From Candidatus Poribacteria bacterium (lineage in GTDB: Bacteria; Poribacteria; WGA-4E; PCPOR2b), in the NCBI GenBank assembly GCA_021295755.1, contig JAGWBT010000002.1:7256-71255 (forward strand): DNA of 64,000 bases. The letters are read 5' to 3'. The position numbers and the translations under genes were made by a program. Of this stretch, positions 39,892 through 50,787 are shown piece by piece (positions within the stretch are counted from its first letter, which is position 1; every line of letters starts with the position of its first letter). The notes under the pieces are model-generated. The model was not told the origin of the DNA. It saw nothing but the letters and a program-made list of their open reading frames with translations, and searched no databases.

Positions 39892-42129
39892 ATGATTTAT
39901 CATTTTAACAGAATACCTACAACGTCAAGGTGTGGAAAATCTTTTCTTATTTTGTCTATGTGCTGTCTGTTGTTTCCGTTCATTGTGAATGCAGATGCGG
40001 ACTCTATGGAATACCGCGCTGAAGCATATCGAACATATCAGAGCATTGAGATTGACGGAGAATTCAACGAGGAAGACTGGCAGAATGCAAAAACTATCAC
40101 TCGACTCATCCAATATGAACCTGTCGAGGGAGAGTTAATTTCGCAACCTACAGAGATACGCATTCTTTATGACGCGAAGGAAATCTACTTTGGATTTACC
40201 TGTTTTGACGACGATATTTCCAAAATGGTTGCCAATGAGATGCGCCGCGATGGCAGTGGTCAGGACGGATTGCGTGAAAATGACCATGTCTCTATCCTTC
40301 TGGATACCTATAACGATCGGCGCAATGGATTTTACTTCCGTGTCAATCCGCTAGGAGCAAAGGAAGACATCGCTTTAATAAACAGCGGAGAGAGTCGAAA
40401 TCAGGCTTGGGATGCGATCTGGGAATGTCGGACCAAAATCAATGATAACCATTGGACAGCAGAGATAGGTATTCCTTTCAGCCAACTTCGTTTCAGTAAG
40501 AGTGACGATATGACATGGGGGCTGAATTTGGGACGAAGCCTTATGCGCGACCAAGAGGACGCAACATGGGCACCGCTTTCCAAAGCGCATGGATTCTTTG
40601 CGAGATACCGCACTGATGTTATTGGTGATTTGGTCGGGTTGCAAGGGATTACTCCCCCTCGGAATCTGGAACTGCTGCCCTATGTCTTGCCGGGGGTGAA
40701 TCGTATTGAAGCCGAAAAGACAACTGATGGAGTATTCGACATCGGCTTGGACCTTAAGTACGGTGTGACCTCCAATCTGACAGCGGACCTGACGTTTAAC
40801 ACCGATTTTGCGCAAGTCGAGGCGGATCAGGAGCAGGTCAACCTCACCCGTTTCAGCCTGTTTTTCCCGGAGAAGCGTCCCTTCTTCCTAGAAGGTGCGG
40901 GGCTGTTTGATTTCGGCATTCCCCGCACTAGCTTCCGCCGTCCGCCGCCGCTGCTTCTGTTTTATAGCCGCCGCATCGGTCTTGAGGAGGGACGTGCCAT
41001 CCCGATTATCGGTGGGGGCAAGATTACAGGCAAAGCAGGGCCTTACGGCATCGGTATGCTGAATGTGTTCACGAATAAATTGCTTGATGAGACCGATCCT
41101 GAGGAGATTATTGATGTGCAGCGCACCAATTATTCCGTGTTGAGGTTGACGCGGGATGTTTTCAGTACCTCTCGGATTGGATTAATTGGCATCAACAAGC
41201 AAGATACTGACACATACAACCGGGCAAGCGGACTTGACTTCACATATCGTCCAACCGATAGCCTTGATGTACGTGGCCTCTGGGCTCGCACATTTGAAGC
41301 GGATGTCTCCGGTCAGAACAACGCTTTGTACCTCGGCAGCACTTGGCGAAACAGGGATCTTCGCTTGGAGGGTTCATATATGGACATCGGTGAGAACTTT
41401 AACCCCGAGGTCGGATTTATCCGGCGAGAGGGAATCCGCCGAATCAATAGTCAAATCCGTTATAGTCCCCGGCTCGGCAAATTTGGGATTCGCCAAATCT
41501 ATACAGGACCGGAGTTTGATTTTATCCTCAATCAAGACAACCAACTGGAAACTCAAGAAATCACATTGACCAACTATTTTCGGTTTGAAAGCGGTGCCTA
41601 CATTGGGTTTCTACCTAAACGAACCACTGAACACCTTGATGAGGATTTTGAAATCCGAGATGGGATTACTATCCCTCCGGGCGAATACAGCTTCACTGAA
41701 ATGATGATTAGAGGTTCCACCGATGATACGAAAGCCCTCGCAGGGCAGTATAGTGTGAATTTTGGTAACTTCTACAATGGAAGCAGGTGGGGATTTACCC
41801 TCGACGCGAGCTTCAAACCGAACGGGCGTTTGAATGTTGAACCTATATTTCAGTTTAACCGTGTTACGCTTCCCCAAGAGGCATTTAATGCAAGCATTTT
41901 TGGTGCCCGTGTCGGCTACTCCTTTTCGACAACGCTTTTTGCAAAGATATTCGCCCAATGGAGCAGCGACGATGACATAATCGCTACCAATGTTCTGCTG
42001 AATTACATCTACCGTCCTGGTAGTGATTTTTATCTCGTTTTCAACCAGATTTATAATACTGGCGGTACAAAAACAGCACTTGACGAATCCACAGTTGTTG
42101 CAAAAATGACTTACTGGTGGAACCCGTAA
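39892..42129 (+). CDS. CBM9-like plus DUF5916 outer-membrane protein, paralogue 2
   Basis: Same motifs as paralogue 1. Confidence 0.85.
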   Translation: MIYHFNRIPTTSRCGKSFLILSMCCLLFPFIVNADADSMEYRAEAYRTYQSIEIDGEFNEEDWQNAKTITRLIQYEPVEGELISQPTEIRILYDAKEIYFGFTCFDDDISKMVANEMRRDGSGQDGLRENDHVSILLDTYNDRRNGFYFRVNPLGAKEDIALINSGESRNQAWDAIWECRTKINDNHWTAEIGIPFSQLRFSKSDDMTWGLNLGRSLMRDQEDATWAPLSKAHGFFARYRTDVIGDLVGLQGITPPRNLELLPYVLPGVNRIEAEKTTDGVFDIGLDLKYGVTSNLTADLTFNTDFAQVEADQEQVNLTRFSLFFPEKRPFFLEGAGLFDFGIPRTSFRRPPPLLLFYSRRIGLEEGRAIPIIGGGKITGKAGPYGIGMLNVFTNKLLDETDPEEIIDVQRTNYSVLRLTRDVFSTSRIGLIGINKQDTDTYNRASGLDFTYRPTDSLDVRGLWARTFEADVSGQNNALYLGSTWRNRDLRLEGSYMDIGENFNPEVGFIRREGIRRINSQIRYSPRLGKFGIRQIYTGPEFDFILNQDNQLETQEITLTNYFRFESGAYIGFLPKRTTEHLDEDFEIRDGITIPPGEYSFTEMMIRGSTDDTKALAGQYSVNFGNFYNGSRWGFTLDASFKPNGRLNVEPIFQFNRVTLPQEAFNASIFGARVGYSFSTTLFAKIFAQWSSDDDIIATNVLLNYIYRPGSDFYLVFNQIYNTGGTKTALDESTVVAKMTYWWNP

Positions 42130-42269
42130 ACTTGAAACGTAAAATGTGAAACGTATGATCAGTATACTGCATTCCCCCGATTCAATCGGGGAGACGACTG
42201 ATATACTCGCATTGCCACAGATCCTTACCTTAGAATCAATTCCGGAGCCATTTTGAAAGGAGACCGTTT

Positions 42270-44519
42270 GTGATTTATCACCTCAATTTTTGGTATCAGT
42301 TGTCAAGTGGTAGTATTCTGCGACATGGAAAATGTTTTTTTCTGTTAGCTATCTGCTATTTGGTATTTCCATTCGCTGTGGGTGCTGACCCTGGTCCCGT
42401 AGAGTACAAGATTGAAGCATACCGAACGTTTCAGAGCATTGAAGTTGATGGTGATTTCAATGAATCTGATTGGCAGCACGCGAGTCCGATTGATCGGTTT
42501 TTCCAAATTGAGCCCGATGAAGGCGAGTCGATAAGCGAACCGATGGAAGTCCGCATCCTGTACGATGACAAGAATATCTACTTCGGTTTTACCTGTTTTG
42601 AATCACAGATGTCAAAACTGGTTGCCAACGACATGCGTCATGACGCACAAGATCTACATGAAAATGACAATGTCTTTCTGATATTAGACACTTATAACGA
42701 TCAGCGCAACGGGTTTTCCTTCCGCATCAATCCGCTGGGGGCATACCAAGACAGAGCTGTAACGAATGGTGGAGACAGCTTGAATCGGAGTTGGGATGCG
42801 GTTGTCGCATGTCAGGCGAAGATCAATGGGGACCACTGGACAGCCGAACTCGGCATCCCGTTCAGCCAACTCCGTTTTGATAAAAGTGACAGGATGACTT
42901 GGGGGATGAATGTAGGACGGGGAGTTCGTAAGAACAATGAGGAAGCGATATGGGTGCCGGTGCCGAGACAGTATGGAGGGATGGCGAAATACCGCCTCGG
43001 CAACCTCGGCAGCCTTACTGGTTTAGAAGGGATTGCCCCATCTCGTCGCCTGGAACTGCTGCCTTATGTCTTGCCGGGGATGAGCCGTACCGAAGAAAAT
43101 GAGGACACCGATGGAGTATTTGATATCGGCTTGGACCTCAAGTACGGTATCAACTCTAATCTTACTGCGGATTTGACCTTTAACACCGACTTTGCCCAGG
43201 TTGAAGCTGATGAAGAACAGGTCAACCTCACCCGTTTTAGCCTATTCTTTCCTGAGAAGCGTCCCTTTTTCTTAGAAGGGGCGGGGTTATTTGATTTTGG
43301 TATTGGTCGCAGTAGTTTCCGCCGTCCGCCGCCGCTGCTTCTGTTTTATAGCCGCCGCATCGGTCTTGAGGAGGGACGCGCCATCCCGATTATTACAGGG
43401 GGTAAGATCACCGGCAAAATGGGACCTTACGGCGTCGGTATGCTGAATGTGTTGACAAATGAATTTCACGATGATACAGATCCGGAGGAAATTGTTGATG
43501 TGTCACGCACCAATTACTCCGTGTTGAGGTTGACGCGAGACCTGTTCAGCGGCTCACGTGTCGGATTAATCGGGATCAATAAGCAAGATGGAGATGCCTA
43601 CAATCGTGCTGGCGGATTCGATTTTTCATACCGTCCGGCAGACAATTTCGATGTGCGCGGACTGTGGGCGTATACTTCCGATTCGGATGAGGAAGATGGG
43701 AGCGATAATGCGTGGTATGTCGGCAGCACTTGGCGGAATGACTTACTTCGAGTAGGTGGTTCATACACGGACATCGGTGAGGACTTCAACCCTGAAGTTG
43801 GATACATCCGGCGGGAGGGCATGCGTCAAATCCGGAGTGACCTGCGTTTTACCCCTTGGCCCAGAAAGTTTGGGATTCGCCGCATCTGGACGGGTCCGGA
43901 ATTTGATCTTGTCCTCAATCGGGACGGTGACTTAGAGACCCGCTCCATCCGCTACAGCAACTGGTTTGAACTGGAAAGAGGTGGTCGCTTACAATTTGAG
44001 GTGCGGCAGACTGCTGAACACCTTGAGGAAGATTTTGAAATCCGAGATGATGTCATCATACCCATTGATGAGTATAGTTTTACATCAGCTAGGGCAGGGA
44101 TTCAGACCGATGAAAGTAAAATGCTTGCTGCGGAATTTGATGTGGATTTTGGTGAGTTCTACAATGGTAATAGGCGCGGCTTTGACATCGGGGCGACCTT
44201 CAAGCCGAGCGGACGTTTCGCCCTTGAATCCCAATATCAATTTAACCGGGTAACCCTCCCTGGGGAAGACCCCTTCAATGTAAATGTGTTTGGAGGTCGC
44301 TTCGCCTATTCCTTCTCGACCCAACTCTTTGCGAAACTGTTCGCCCAGTGGAACAGCGACGATAATGTGGTTTCCACCAACTTTCTGCTCAACTATATCT
44401 ATCGCCCCGGCAGTGACTTCTACCTTGTTTTTAACCAGATTTATGACGGCAACGGTGGAGGCGCCAATCTTGAGGAATCCACACTTGTTGGAAAGCTAAC
44501 GTATTGGTGGAATCCGTAA
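42270..44519 (+). CDS. CBM9-like plus DUF5916 outer-membrane protein, paralogue 3
   Basis: Same motifs; RBS AAGGAG and GTG start. Confidence 0.85.
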   Translation: MIYHLNFWYQLSSGSILRHGKCFFLLAICYLVFPFAVGADPGPVEYKIEAYRTFQSIEVDGDFNESDWQHASPIDRFFQIEPDEGESISEPMEVRILYDDKNIYFGFTCFESQMSKLVANDMRHDAQDLHENDNVFLILDTYNDQRNGFSFRINPLGAYQDRAVTNGGDSLNRSWDAVVACQAKINGDHWTAELGIPFSQLRFDKSDRMTWGMNVGRGVRKNNEEAIWVPVPRQYGGMAKYRLGNLGSLTGLEGIAPSRRLELLPYVLPGMSRTEENEDTDGVFDIGLDLKYGINSNLTADLTFNTDFAQVEADEEQVNLTRFSLFFPEKRPFFLEGAGLFDFGIGRSSFRRPPPLLLFYSRRIGLEEGRAIPIITGGKITGKMGPYGVGMLNVLTNEFHDDTDPEEIVDVSRTNYSVLRLTRDLFSGSRVGLIGINKQDGDAYNRAGGFDFSYRPADNFDVRGLWAYTSDSDEEDGSDNAWYVGSTWRNDLLRVGGSYTDIGEDFNPEVGYIRREGMRQIRSDLRFTPWPRKFGIRRIWTGPEFDLVLNRDGDLETRSIRYSNWFELERGGRLQFEVRQTAEHLEEDFEIRDDVIIPIDEYSFTSARAGIQTDESKMLAAEFDVDFGEFYNGNRRGFDIGATFKPSGRFALESQYQFNRVTLPGEDPFNVNVFGGRFAYSFSTQLFAKLFAQWNSDDNVVSTNFLLNYIYRPGSDFYLVFNQIYDGNGGGANLEESTLVGKLTYWWNP

Positions 44520-44582
44520 ATTGGTACATTAATGAACGGATGTACTAATGAACTAACATATTTCGAGAAAGGAGCATTACCT

Positions 44583-45518
44583 ATGAATCAAGAAACAGTT
44601 TGGTTACTTTCAGAAACGGGCATATTAGATTTCAACGGCGAACCGATTCACGATGCTCCATTTCAGCCTGCATCGGTCATTGCGGGAGATGTGGGGCAAG
44701 ATCGGTTATCTGTTATTGCCAACGACCATGAGGTTTGGACGTATGCTTCGGGGGTATGGGATCAGCAGGTTTCAACGGATATCACCCTGAACTGCGTGTG
44801 TTGGACGTCCGACGATCGGCTACTCGTGGGTACGGAGCGCGCTCGGCTCGCATGGGTTGCCGATGGCGAGTTGAATTTTATCGACGGTTTTGACGCTGTG
44901 CCGGAACGCAGGCTGTGGAAAACGCCGTGGGGTGGACCTCCGGATGTACGCTCTTTGGCTGTCTCCACAGACGGAACCATCTACGCGAACATTCATGTCG
45001 GTTGGGTTGTCCGCTCGCGTGACGGTGGAAAGACGTGGGAAAATCTTCAGGAAGGGTTGGAGATGGATGTGCATCAGGTCGCTACGCACCCAACCGATCC
45101 GGCAACCGTCTTCGCTGCGACCGCTCACGGGTTCTATCTCAGTAGAGATTATGGTGATACGTTTGCGCACCAGCGGAGTGGTATGCCCTACTATTATCAA
45201 CGGGCATGCGCTTGCTTTCCTGAAAGTGATGTATATCTAGTTTCCACCTCACGAGGTCCCCACAGCAGGGTAGATGCCCAACTTTATCGAAGCGATGACG
45301 CAGGCGAAAACTGGACGTTGGTCACTGGTCTACCGGAACAGATCGGTGAGAATATTGACACCTTTCAGATTATTACCTTTGGTAAGGCGAACGCGCTGGT
45401 TGTTGTGGACGACACCACGCTGTACCAGACCGACGACTACGGGCTAAATTGGCAAAAGGTAGCCGATTATCCGAGGTTGTTCGGTGGACTCGTCGTTCAA
45501 ATGCCGCAAGCGGCTTGA
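44583..45518 (+). CDS. BNR/Asp-box beta-propeller (glycosyl hydrolase-like) protein
   Basis: SRDGGKTW, SRDYGDTF, SDDAGENW, TDDYGLNW; WKTPWGGPPDVRS. Confidence 0.75.
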   Translation: MNQETVWLLSETGILDFNGEPIHDAPFQPASVIAGDVGQDRLSVIANDHEVWTYASGVWDQQVSTDITLNCVCWTSDDRLLVGTERARLAWVADGELNFIDGFDAVPERRLWKTPWGGPPDVRSLAVSTDGTIYANIHVGWVVRSRDGGKTWENLQEGLEMDVHQVATHPTDPATVFAATAHGFYLSRDYGDTFAHQRSGMPYYYQRACACFPESDVYLVSTSRGPHSRVDAQLYRSDDAGENWTLVTGLPEQIGENIDTFQIITFGKANALVVVDDTTLYQTDDYGLNWQKVADYPRLFGGLVVQMPQAA

Positions 45519-45577
45519 GATTTCGGTTTTCTTTTACTTAGCAGCTACAAATCTACCCGTAGGAGAAAGTAATACCA

Positions 45578-47887
45578 TTGGCATATCAAGAGATGTTAGA
45601 TACATTACCCACCTCAATAGAAACAGCTTTAAAGGCAGCGAACATTTCTTTAGACAAGGTAAGATTCGCCGCACAGAGTGATCTCAATCCCGACGGTCTG
45701 TTCGGTGAAAGCTGGTTCGTCCTGACCGATACAGAGATCTTGGCACTTGATGCGGGAGGCGTTGTTCTCCATCGCGTGCTATATAGCGAAGTGGTAGAAG
45801 TGCGTTCGGAAGCAGTTGTTGACGGAGGAATTCTCGTTCTGGAGATGATGGGAGATGCCCTGGATCTCATCCGTTACTCAAACGGTCTGATGCCGAAGTT
45901 TGGGTATATAGCGAAATTTCTCAGTGAAGAGATCGAGCACCGTCAAGGGAAACGCGACGAAGCACCGATGTGGGAGTACGAAGAGGAGCAGAAGTTCTGC
46001 AAGGCGTGTGGCTTGCCGCTTCCCGATGTGTTTTTGCCGTGTCCAGCGTGCACCAAGAAGCATCGTGTTATGTTGCGCATTCTCTCCTATCTCAAGCCAC
46101 ATAAAAAGCGCGCGGCTGTGGTGGTGTTGCTCATGCTTGTCTCAACACTGATTGCGCTCATGCCGCCCTATTTTACAAAGATTCTCATTGATGATGTGTT
46201 GAAGCTAAACGAAGACCTCGCAGCAGCGCAAGGTGCTGCAAAAACGGCGGTGAGTCAATTCTTTCGGTCGTTTGAGACAGCAGCACTTGCCTTGACGGTT
46301 GCCGTCGGTTGTCTCGTGGTAGCACATATCCTCACCCATATCCTCGATATTTTTCGTGGGCGTTTGGCTGCGTGGTTGACCTTCCGCATGATAGCAGACA
46401 TCCGTGACCAGATTTATGAGCGATTGCACGGGCTTTCGCTTCGGTTCTTCGATAAGCGCAAGACAGGGACCGTTATCTCCCATATCACAGAGGATAGTAC
46501 GCGCCTACAGTGGTTTCTGTTAGATGGGCTTCAGTTCCTCGTTATTGACCTGTTGATGCTTCTTGGCATTGGTGCTTTCCTATTTTCGATGAACTGGAGA
46601 TTGGCGTGCTTTATCCTAATTCCAATCCCGTTGGTAGTCCTTGGCGCGAGGTGGTTCTGGAAGAAGGTTCGTGGACTCTGGCATCGGGCGTGGCGGCGAA
46701 GATCGAAGATGTACGATATTGTGAACGACTCGGTCTCCGGTATCCGTGTTGTTCGGGCATTCGGTCAGCAGAAGAGTGAAGTTGGACGGTTTTCCTATAC
46801 GAACGAAGATGCCCGCAATTACGACACGGTTGCCGAAAAGGTTTGGGCAACCTATTATCCGTTGCTGCAGTTTGCTGTTCAGTTAGGAACGATTATCGTC
46901 TGGTATGCTGGAGGATTGCAGATTCTCATCGACGGAATGACGTTCGGTACGTTGATGGCGTTTCACTTTTATTTGGCGATGTTTTACGGACCGTTACGAC
47001 ATCTGAGTCCAATGGTTAACTGGGCGTCGCGGGCAATGACAGCAGCGGAACGGATCTTTGAGGTCATCGACTCTGAGCCAGAGCAATTAGATGACACTAG
47101 GCTCGTCTCGAAATCAAAACTCCAAGGAGAGGTCAAATTCCACAATATGACCTTCGGTTATGATTCGCATAAGCCTGTCCTCCGAGATATCAATCTCCAC
47201 GTCAAACCGGGTGAGATGATCGGCTTAGTTGGGCATTCTGGGGCAGGAAAATCGACACTAATTAATCTCATTTGCCGGTTTTACATGCCGGATTCAGGGA
47301 GTCTCACCATTGATGGTATAGATATAACGGAAATTCGCCTTGAGGACCTGCGGCAACAGATTGGTGTCGTGCTCCAAGAGCCGTACCTTTTCAATGGGAC
47401 CATTGCGGAGAACATCGCCTACGCAAAACCGGGCGCGGGGATGGAAGCAGTCATTACCGCCGCAAAAGCTGCCAACGCCCATGAGTTCATTGTGAAGTTT
47501 CCTGATGGATATGACACGGAGGTTGGTGAACGGGGTGGTAGGCTGTCCGGCGGAGAACGGCAGCGAATATCAATTGCACGGGCAATCCTACACAATCCGC
47601 GCATCCTGATTCTCGATGAAGCGACCTCGTCGGTTGACGTTCAGACGGAGCGCAAAATCCAGCAGGCGATTGATCGACTTGTGCAAAACCGTACCACCTT
47701 TGCCATTGCCCATCGGCTCTCCACCCTGCGGAACGCAGACCGCCTCTTTGTTATAGACAAGGGCCGAGGTGTCGAATGTGGGTCACATGAAGAATTGATG
47801 GAGAAGAAGGGAATTTACTACAACCTCGTCGAGACACAGCGGCAAGCTTCCGAACTTCGCGCAGAGGCACAGATTGTCAAGGGATAA
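45578..47887 (+). CDS. ABC exporter (fused TMD-NBD) with an N-terminal extension and Zn-ribbon
   Basis: CKAC..CPAC; GHSGAGKST, LSGGERQR, ILDEAT, IAHRL. Confidence 0.92.
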   Translation: MAYQEMLDTLPTSIETALKAANISLDKVRFAAQSDLNPDGLFGESWFVLTDTEILALDAGGVVLHRVLYSEVVEVRSEAVVDGGILVLEMMGDALDLIRYSNGLMPKFGYIAKFLSEEIEHRQGKRDEAPMWEYEEEQKFCKACGLPLPDVFLPCPACTKKHRVMLRILSYLKPHKKRAAVVVLLMLVSTLIALMPPYFTKILIDDVLKLNEDLAAAQGAAKTAVSQFFRSFETAALALTVAVGCLVVAHILTHILDIFRGRLAAWLTFRMIADIRDQIYERLHGLSLRFFDKRKTGTVISHITEDSTRLQWFLLDGLQFLVIDLLMLLGIGAFLFSMNWRLACFILIPIPLVVLGARWFWKKVRGLWHRAWRRRSKMYDIVNDSVSGIRVVRAFGQQKSEVGRFSYTNEDARNYDTVAEKVWATYYPLLQFAVQLGTIIVWYAGGLQILIDGMTFGTLMAFHFYLAMFYGPLRHLSPMVNWASRAMTAAERIFEVIDSEPEQLDDTRLVSKSKLQGEVKFHNMTFGYDSHKPVLRDINLHVKPGEMIGLVGHSGAGKSTLINLICRFYMPDSGSLTIDGIDITEIRLEDLRQQIGVVLQEPYLFNGTIAENIAYAKPGAGMEAVITAAKAANAHEFIVKFPDGYDTEVGERGGRLSGGERQRISIARAILHNPRILILDEATSSVDVQTERKIQQAIDRLVQNRTTFAIAHRLSTLRNADRLFVIDKGRGVECGSHEELMEKKGIYYNLVETQRQASELRAEAQIVKG

Positions 47888-47889
47888 AC

Positions 47890-48465
47890 ATGAACACAGA
47901 AAAAGAAAAGATGTCTAAGGGTATCGCCGCCTTGGAATCGGGGCCTCCACTCCCACTCTCGCTTGACGATGATGATTTCACGCCGAGATATTTGGATCCG
48001 GAGAAGATACGCCTATTTCGGTCACCGATGGGAACTCCGCGTCTGGAGATCCTAGAAGAGGTCTGCTACACTCGTGTGGCGGTGCGCCGCATCCTCCCGT
48101 TGAGCGACCCCAATCGTTATATCTCGCTTGGGATTGGAGAGGAGGTAGAAATCGGTATCATTGAAGACCCATCACGACTCGACTCCGAAAGTCTCGAAAT
48201 CCTGCGCGAGGAGCTCGATAAACGATACTTCACACCTATCATACAGAAGGTTTACCGCGTCAAGGAGCGATTCGGCATCCATGACTGGGAGGTTGAAACA
48301 TCGCGTGGACGAATCACGTTCTCTGTGCAGGGGCTTCATCAGAACGTTAGACATTTTCCACCTGCGCGACTGCTTGTAACAGATGTCCGTGGGAATCGGT
48401 ACGATATTCCAGACTATCACAGACTCGATTCAAACAGTTTTAATCAAATTCAGCGACATCTGTAG
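47890..48465 (+). CDS. DUF1854 family protein
   Basis: RRILPLSDP, EL..RYFTP.I, WEVETSRG, DVRGNRY.IPD; usual partner of this ABC exporter type. Confidence 0.8.
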   Translation: MNTEKEKMSKGIAALESGPPLPLSLDDDDFTPRYLDPEKIRLFRSPMGTPRLEILEEVCYTRVAVRRILPLSDPNRYISLGIGEEVEIGIIEDPSRLDSESLEILREELDKRYFTPIIQKVYRVKERFGIHDWEVETSRGRITFSVQGLHQNVRHFPPARLLVTDVRGNRYDIPDYHRLDSNSFNQIQRHL

Positions 48466-48513
48466 GTTGGTCCAGTGATTACTAATTTGAACAATCAAGA
48501 CGGGAGACAAGCA

Positions 48514-50787
48514 ATGACTGCTTATTTTAGTCTTTGGAATCAACTTTCACTATGTAGAATTGCTCAAAATCGAGGATTATTTCCCGCGATAAGATTGGGA
48601 TTCAAAGCAATCTGTTTGACCATCTTTTTGTCATTTCCGCTAATTGTGAGCGCAGATCCCTCCCCGATAGAGTACAAAGCAGAGGCGTACCGGACCTTTC
48701 AAGCCATTGAGATTGATGGCGATCTTACTGAACCTGATTGGCAGAACGCCAAGCGCATTGGTCAGTTTGTCCAGATGGAGCCGGACGAGGGCAAGCCGAT
48801 GACGGAGGCAACAGAGGTTCGCATTCTTTATGATGACAAAAACATCTATTTTGGTTTTACCTGTTTTGACTCGGATATTTCTAAAGTGGCCGCCAACGAG
48901 ATGCGCCGCGACGGCAACCTATGGGACAACGACAATGTCTTTGTACTTTTAGATACCTATAACGACCAGCGGAGCGGGTTTTTCTTCCGTGTCAATCCAT
49001 TGGGGGCAATGGAAGATGTTGCTATAATGGACAATGGAGACAGCCGGAACGAAAACTGGGATGCAGTCTGGGACTGTCGCACAAAAGCTAATGAGAAGTA
49101 CTGGACAGCAGAGATTGGTATTCCGTTCAGTCAACTCCGTTTTGATCGTGGTGATGTAATGACATGGGGCATGAATATGGGACGGAGCCTCATGCGCAAC
49201 CAAGAAGAAGGGATGTGGGCACCGGTTTCCAGAGCACATGGTTGGCGAGCCAGATATCGCACTGCTAATATTGGACGTTTGGTAGGCTTAAAAGGAATTA
49301 CGCCCTCCCGGAATCTCGAGTTGTTGCCTTACGTTTTGCCGGGGGTGAGTCGAATCGAGGTAGATGACGATACGAATGGAGAGCTTGAACTCGGCCTTGA
49401 TGCTAAGTATGGGATTACCTCAAATCTTATCGCGGATCTCACCTTCAACACTGATTTCGCGCAGGTCGAAGCCGATGAGGAACAGGTTAACTTAACCCGT
49501 TTCAGCCTGTTCTTCCCGGAGAAGCGTCCTTTCTTCTTAGAAGGTGCCGGGCTGTTTGATTTCGGTATCCCCCGCACTAGTTTCCGCCGCCCACCGCCAC
49601 TACTCCTCTTTTATAGCCGTCGCATCGGTCTTGCGGAGGGACATGCTGTCCCGATTATCACTGGTGGCAAGATTACCGGTAAAATGGGACCTTACGGCAT
49701 CGGTCTATTAAATGTTTTTACGGATAAATTTCACACTGATGCCTCTGTTACTGACCCTGATGAAATCGTTGATGAGCCGCGTATGAACTACTCGGTATTG
49801 CGCATGAGGCGAGATCTCTTCAGCGGTTCGACTGTTGGATTGATTGCGGTCAATAAACAAAACGCTGACACATACAACCGCGCAGGTGGATTTGACGTTG
49901 CGTATCGTCCTTCCGATAATATCAACTTTCGTGGGCTATGGGCTCGCACGTTTGAAGAGGGCGTGTTCGATCAAAGGGATGCTTTGTACTTTGGGGGTGA
50001 TTGGCGGAATGAGAATTTACGCCTAGAGGGTTCATACATAGATATCGGCGAGAACTTTCAACCCGGAGTTGGATATGTCCGGCGGCAAGATGTCCGCCGC
50101 TTCCGCGGTGAAATGCGATTTACACCTATGCTTGCTAAATTTGGGATTCGTCAAATTTGGGCGGGCCCTGAAGTTGACTTCATCCTCAATCGAGATAATG
50201 AGCTAGCAACCCGAGAGTTTACATATATGAACTGGTTTGAGCTAGAAGGCGGAGGTTGGTTTGGTTTTCAGGCGCAGCGAACCTTTGAACGCCTCGACGA
50301 GGATTTTGAAATTCGAGATGACATCACGATTCCGATCGACGAATATCATTTCAATTCCTTCCGGGTTTCGATTAATACCGATGACTCACAGATGGTGTCT
50401 CTCCAATTAGGAACGAATTTTGGGGGGTTCTTCGATGGGGAAAGGGTCGGTTTTGATATCGGACCGGATTTCAAGCCAAATGGGCACTTCAGTCTTGAGC
50501 CGCGTTTCCAATTTAATCGGGTTACCCTTCCTGCGGGTTCATTCAATGCGAGCATTTTCGGTACGCGTGTAAGCTATTCCTTTTCCACAAGATTCTTTAC
50601 TAAACTGTTTGCCCAATGGAACAGCGATAGCGGTGAGATTTCCGCTAACTTTCTGCTTAACTACATCTACCGCCCCGGCAGCGACTTCTACCTTGTTTTC
50701 AATCAAATCTATGACGGCAGCGGCGCAGGTGCCAAGTTGGAGGAATCCACATTTGTCGGAAAGATGACTTATTGGTGGAACCCGTAA
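48514..50787 (+). CDS. CBM9-like plus DUF5916 outer-membrane protein, paralogue 4
   Basis: Same motifs; ends KMTYWWNP. Confidence 0.85.
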   Translation: MTAYFSLWNQLSLCRIAQNRGLFPAIRLGFKAICLTIFLSFPLIVSADPSPIEYKAEAYRTFQAIEIDGDLTEPDWQNAKRIGQFVQMEPDEGKPMTEATEVRILYDDKNIYFGFTCFDSDISKVAANEMRRDGNLWDNDNVFVLLDTYNDQRSGFFFRVNPLGAMEDVAIMDNGDSRNENWDAVWDCRTKANEKYWTAEIGIPFSQLRFDRGDVMTWGMNMGRSLMRNQEEGMWAPVSRAHGWRARYRTANIGRLVGLKGITPSRNLELLPYVLPGVSRIEVDDDTNGELELGLDAKYGITSNLIADLTFNTDFAQVEADEEQVNLTRFSLFFPEKRPFFLEGAGLFDFGIPRTSFRRPPPLLLFYSRRIGLAEGHAVPIITGGKITGKMGPYGIGLLNVFTDKFHTDASVTDPDEIVDEPRMNYSVLRMRRDLFSGSTVGLIAVNKQNADTYNRAGGFDVAYRPSDNINFRGLWARTFEEGVFDQRDALYFGGDWRNENLRLEGSYIDIGENFQPGVGYVRRQDVRRFRGEMRFTPMLAKFGIRQIWAGPEVDFILNRDNELATREFTYMNWFELEGGGWFGFQAQRTFERLDEDFEIRDDITIPIDEYHFNSFRVSINTDDSQMVSLQLGTNFGGFFDGERVGFDIGPDFKPNGHFSLEPRFQFNRVTLPAGSFNASIFGTRVSYSFSTRFFTKLFAQWNSDSGEISANFLLNYIYRPGSDFYLVFNQIYDGSGAGAKLEESTFVGKMTYWWNP

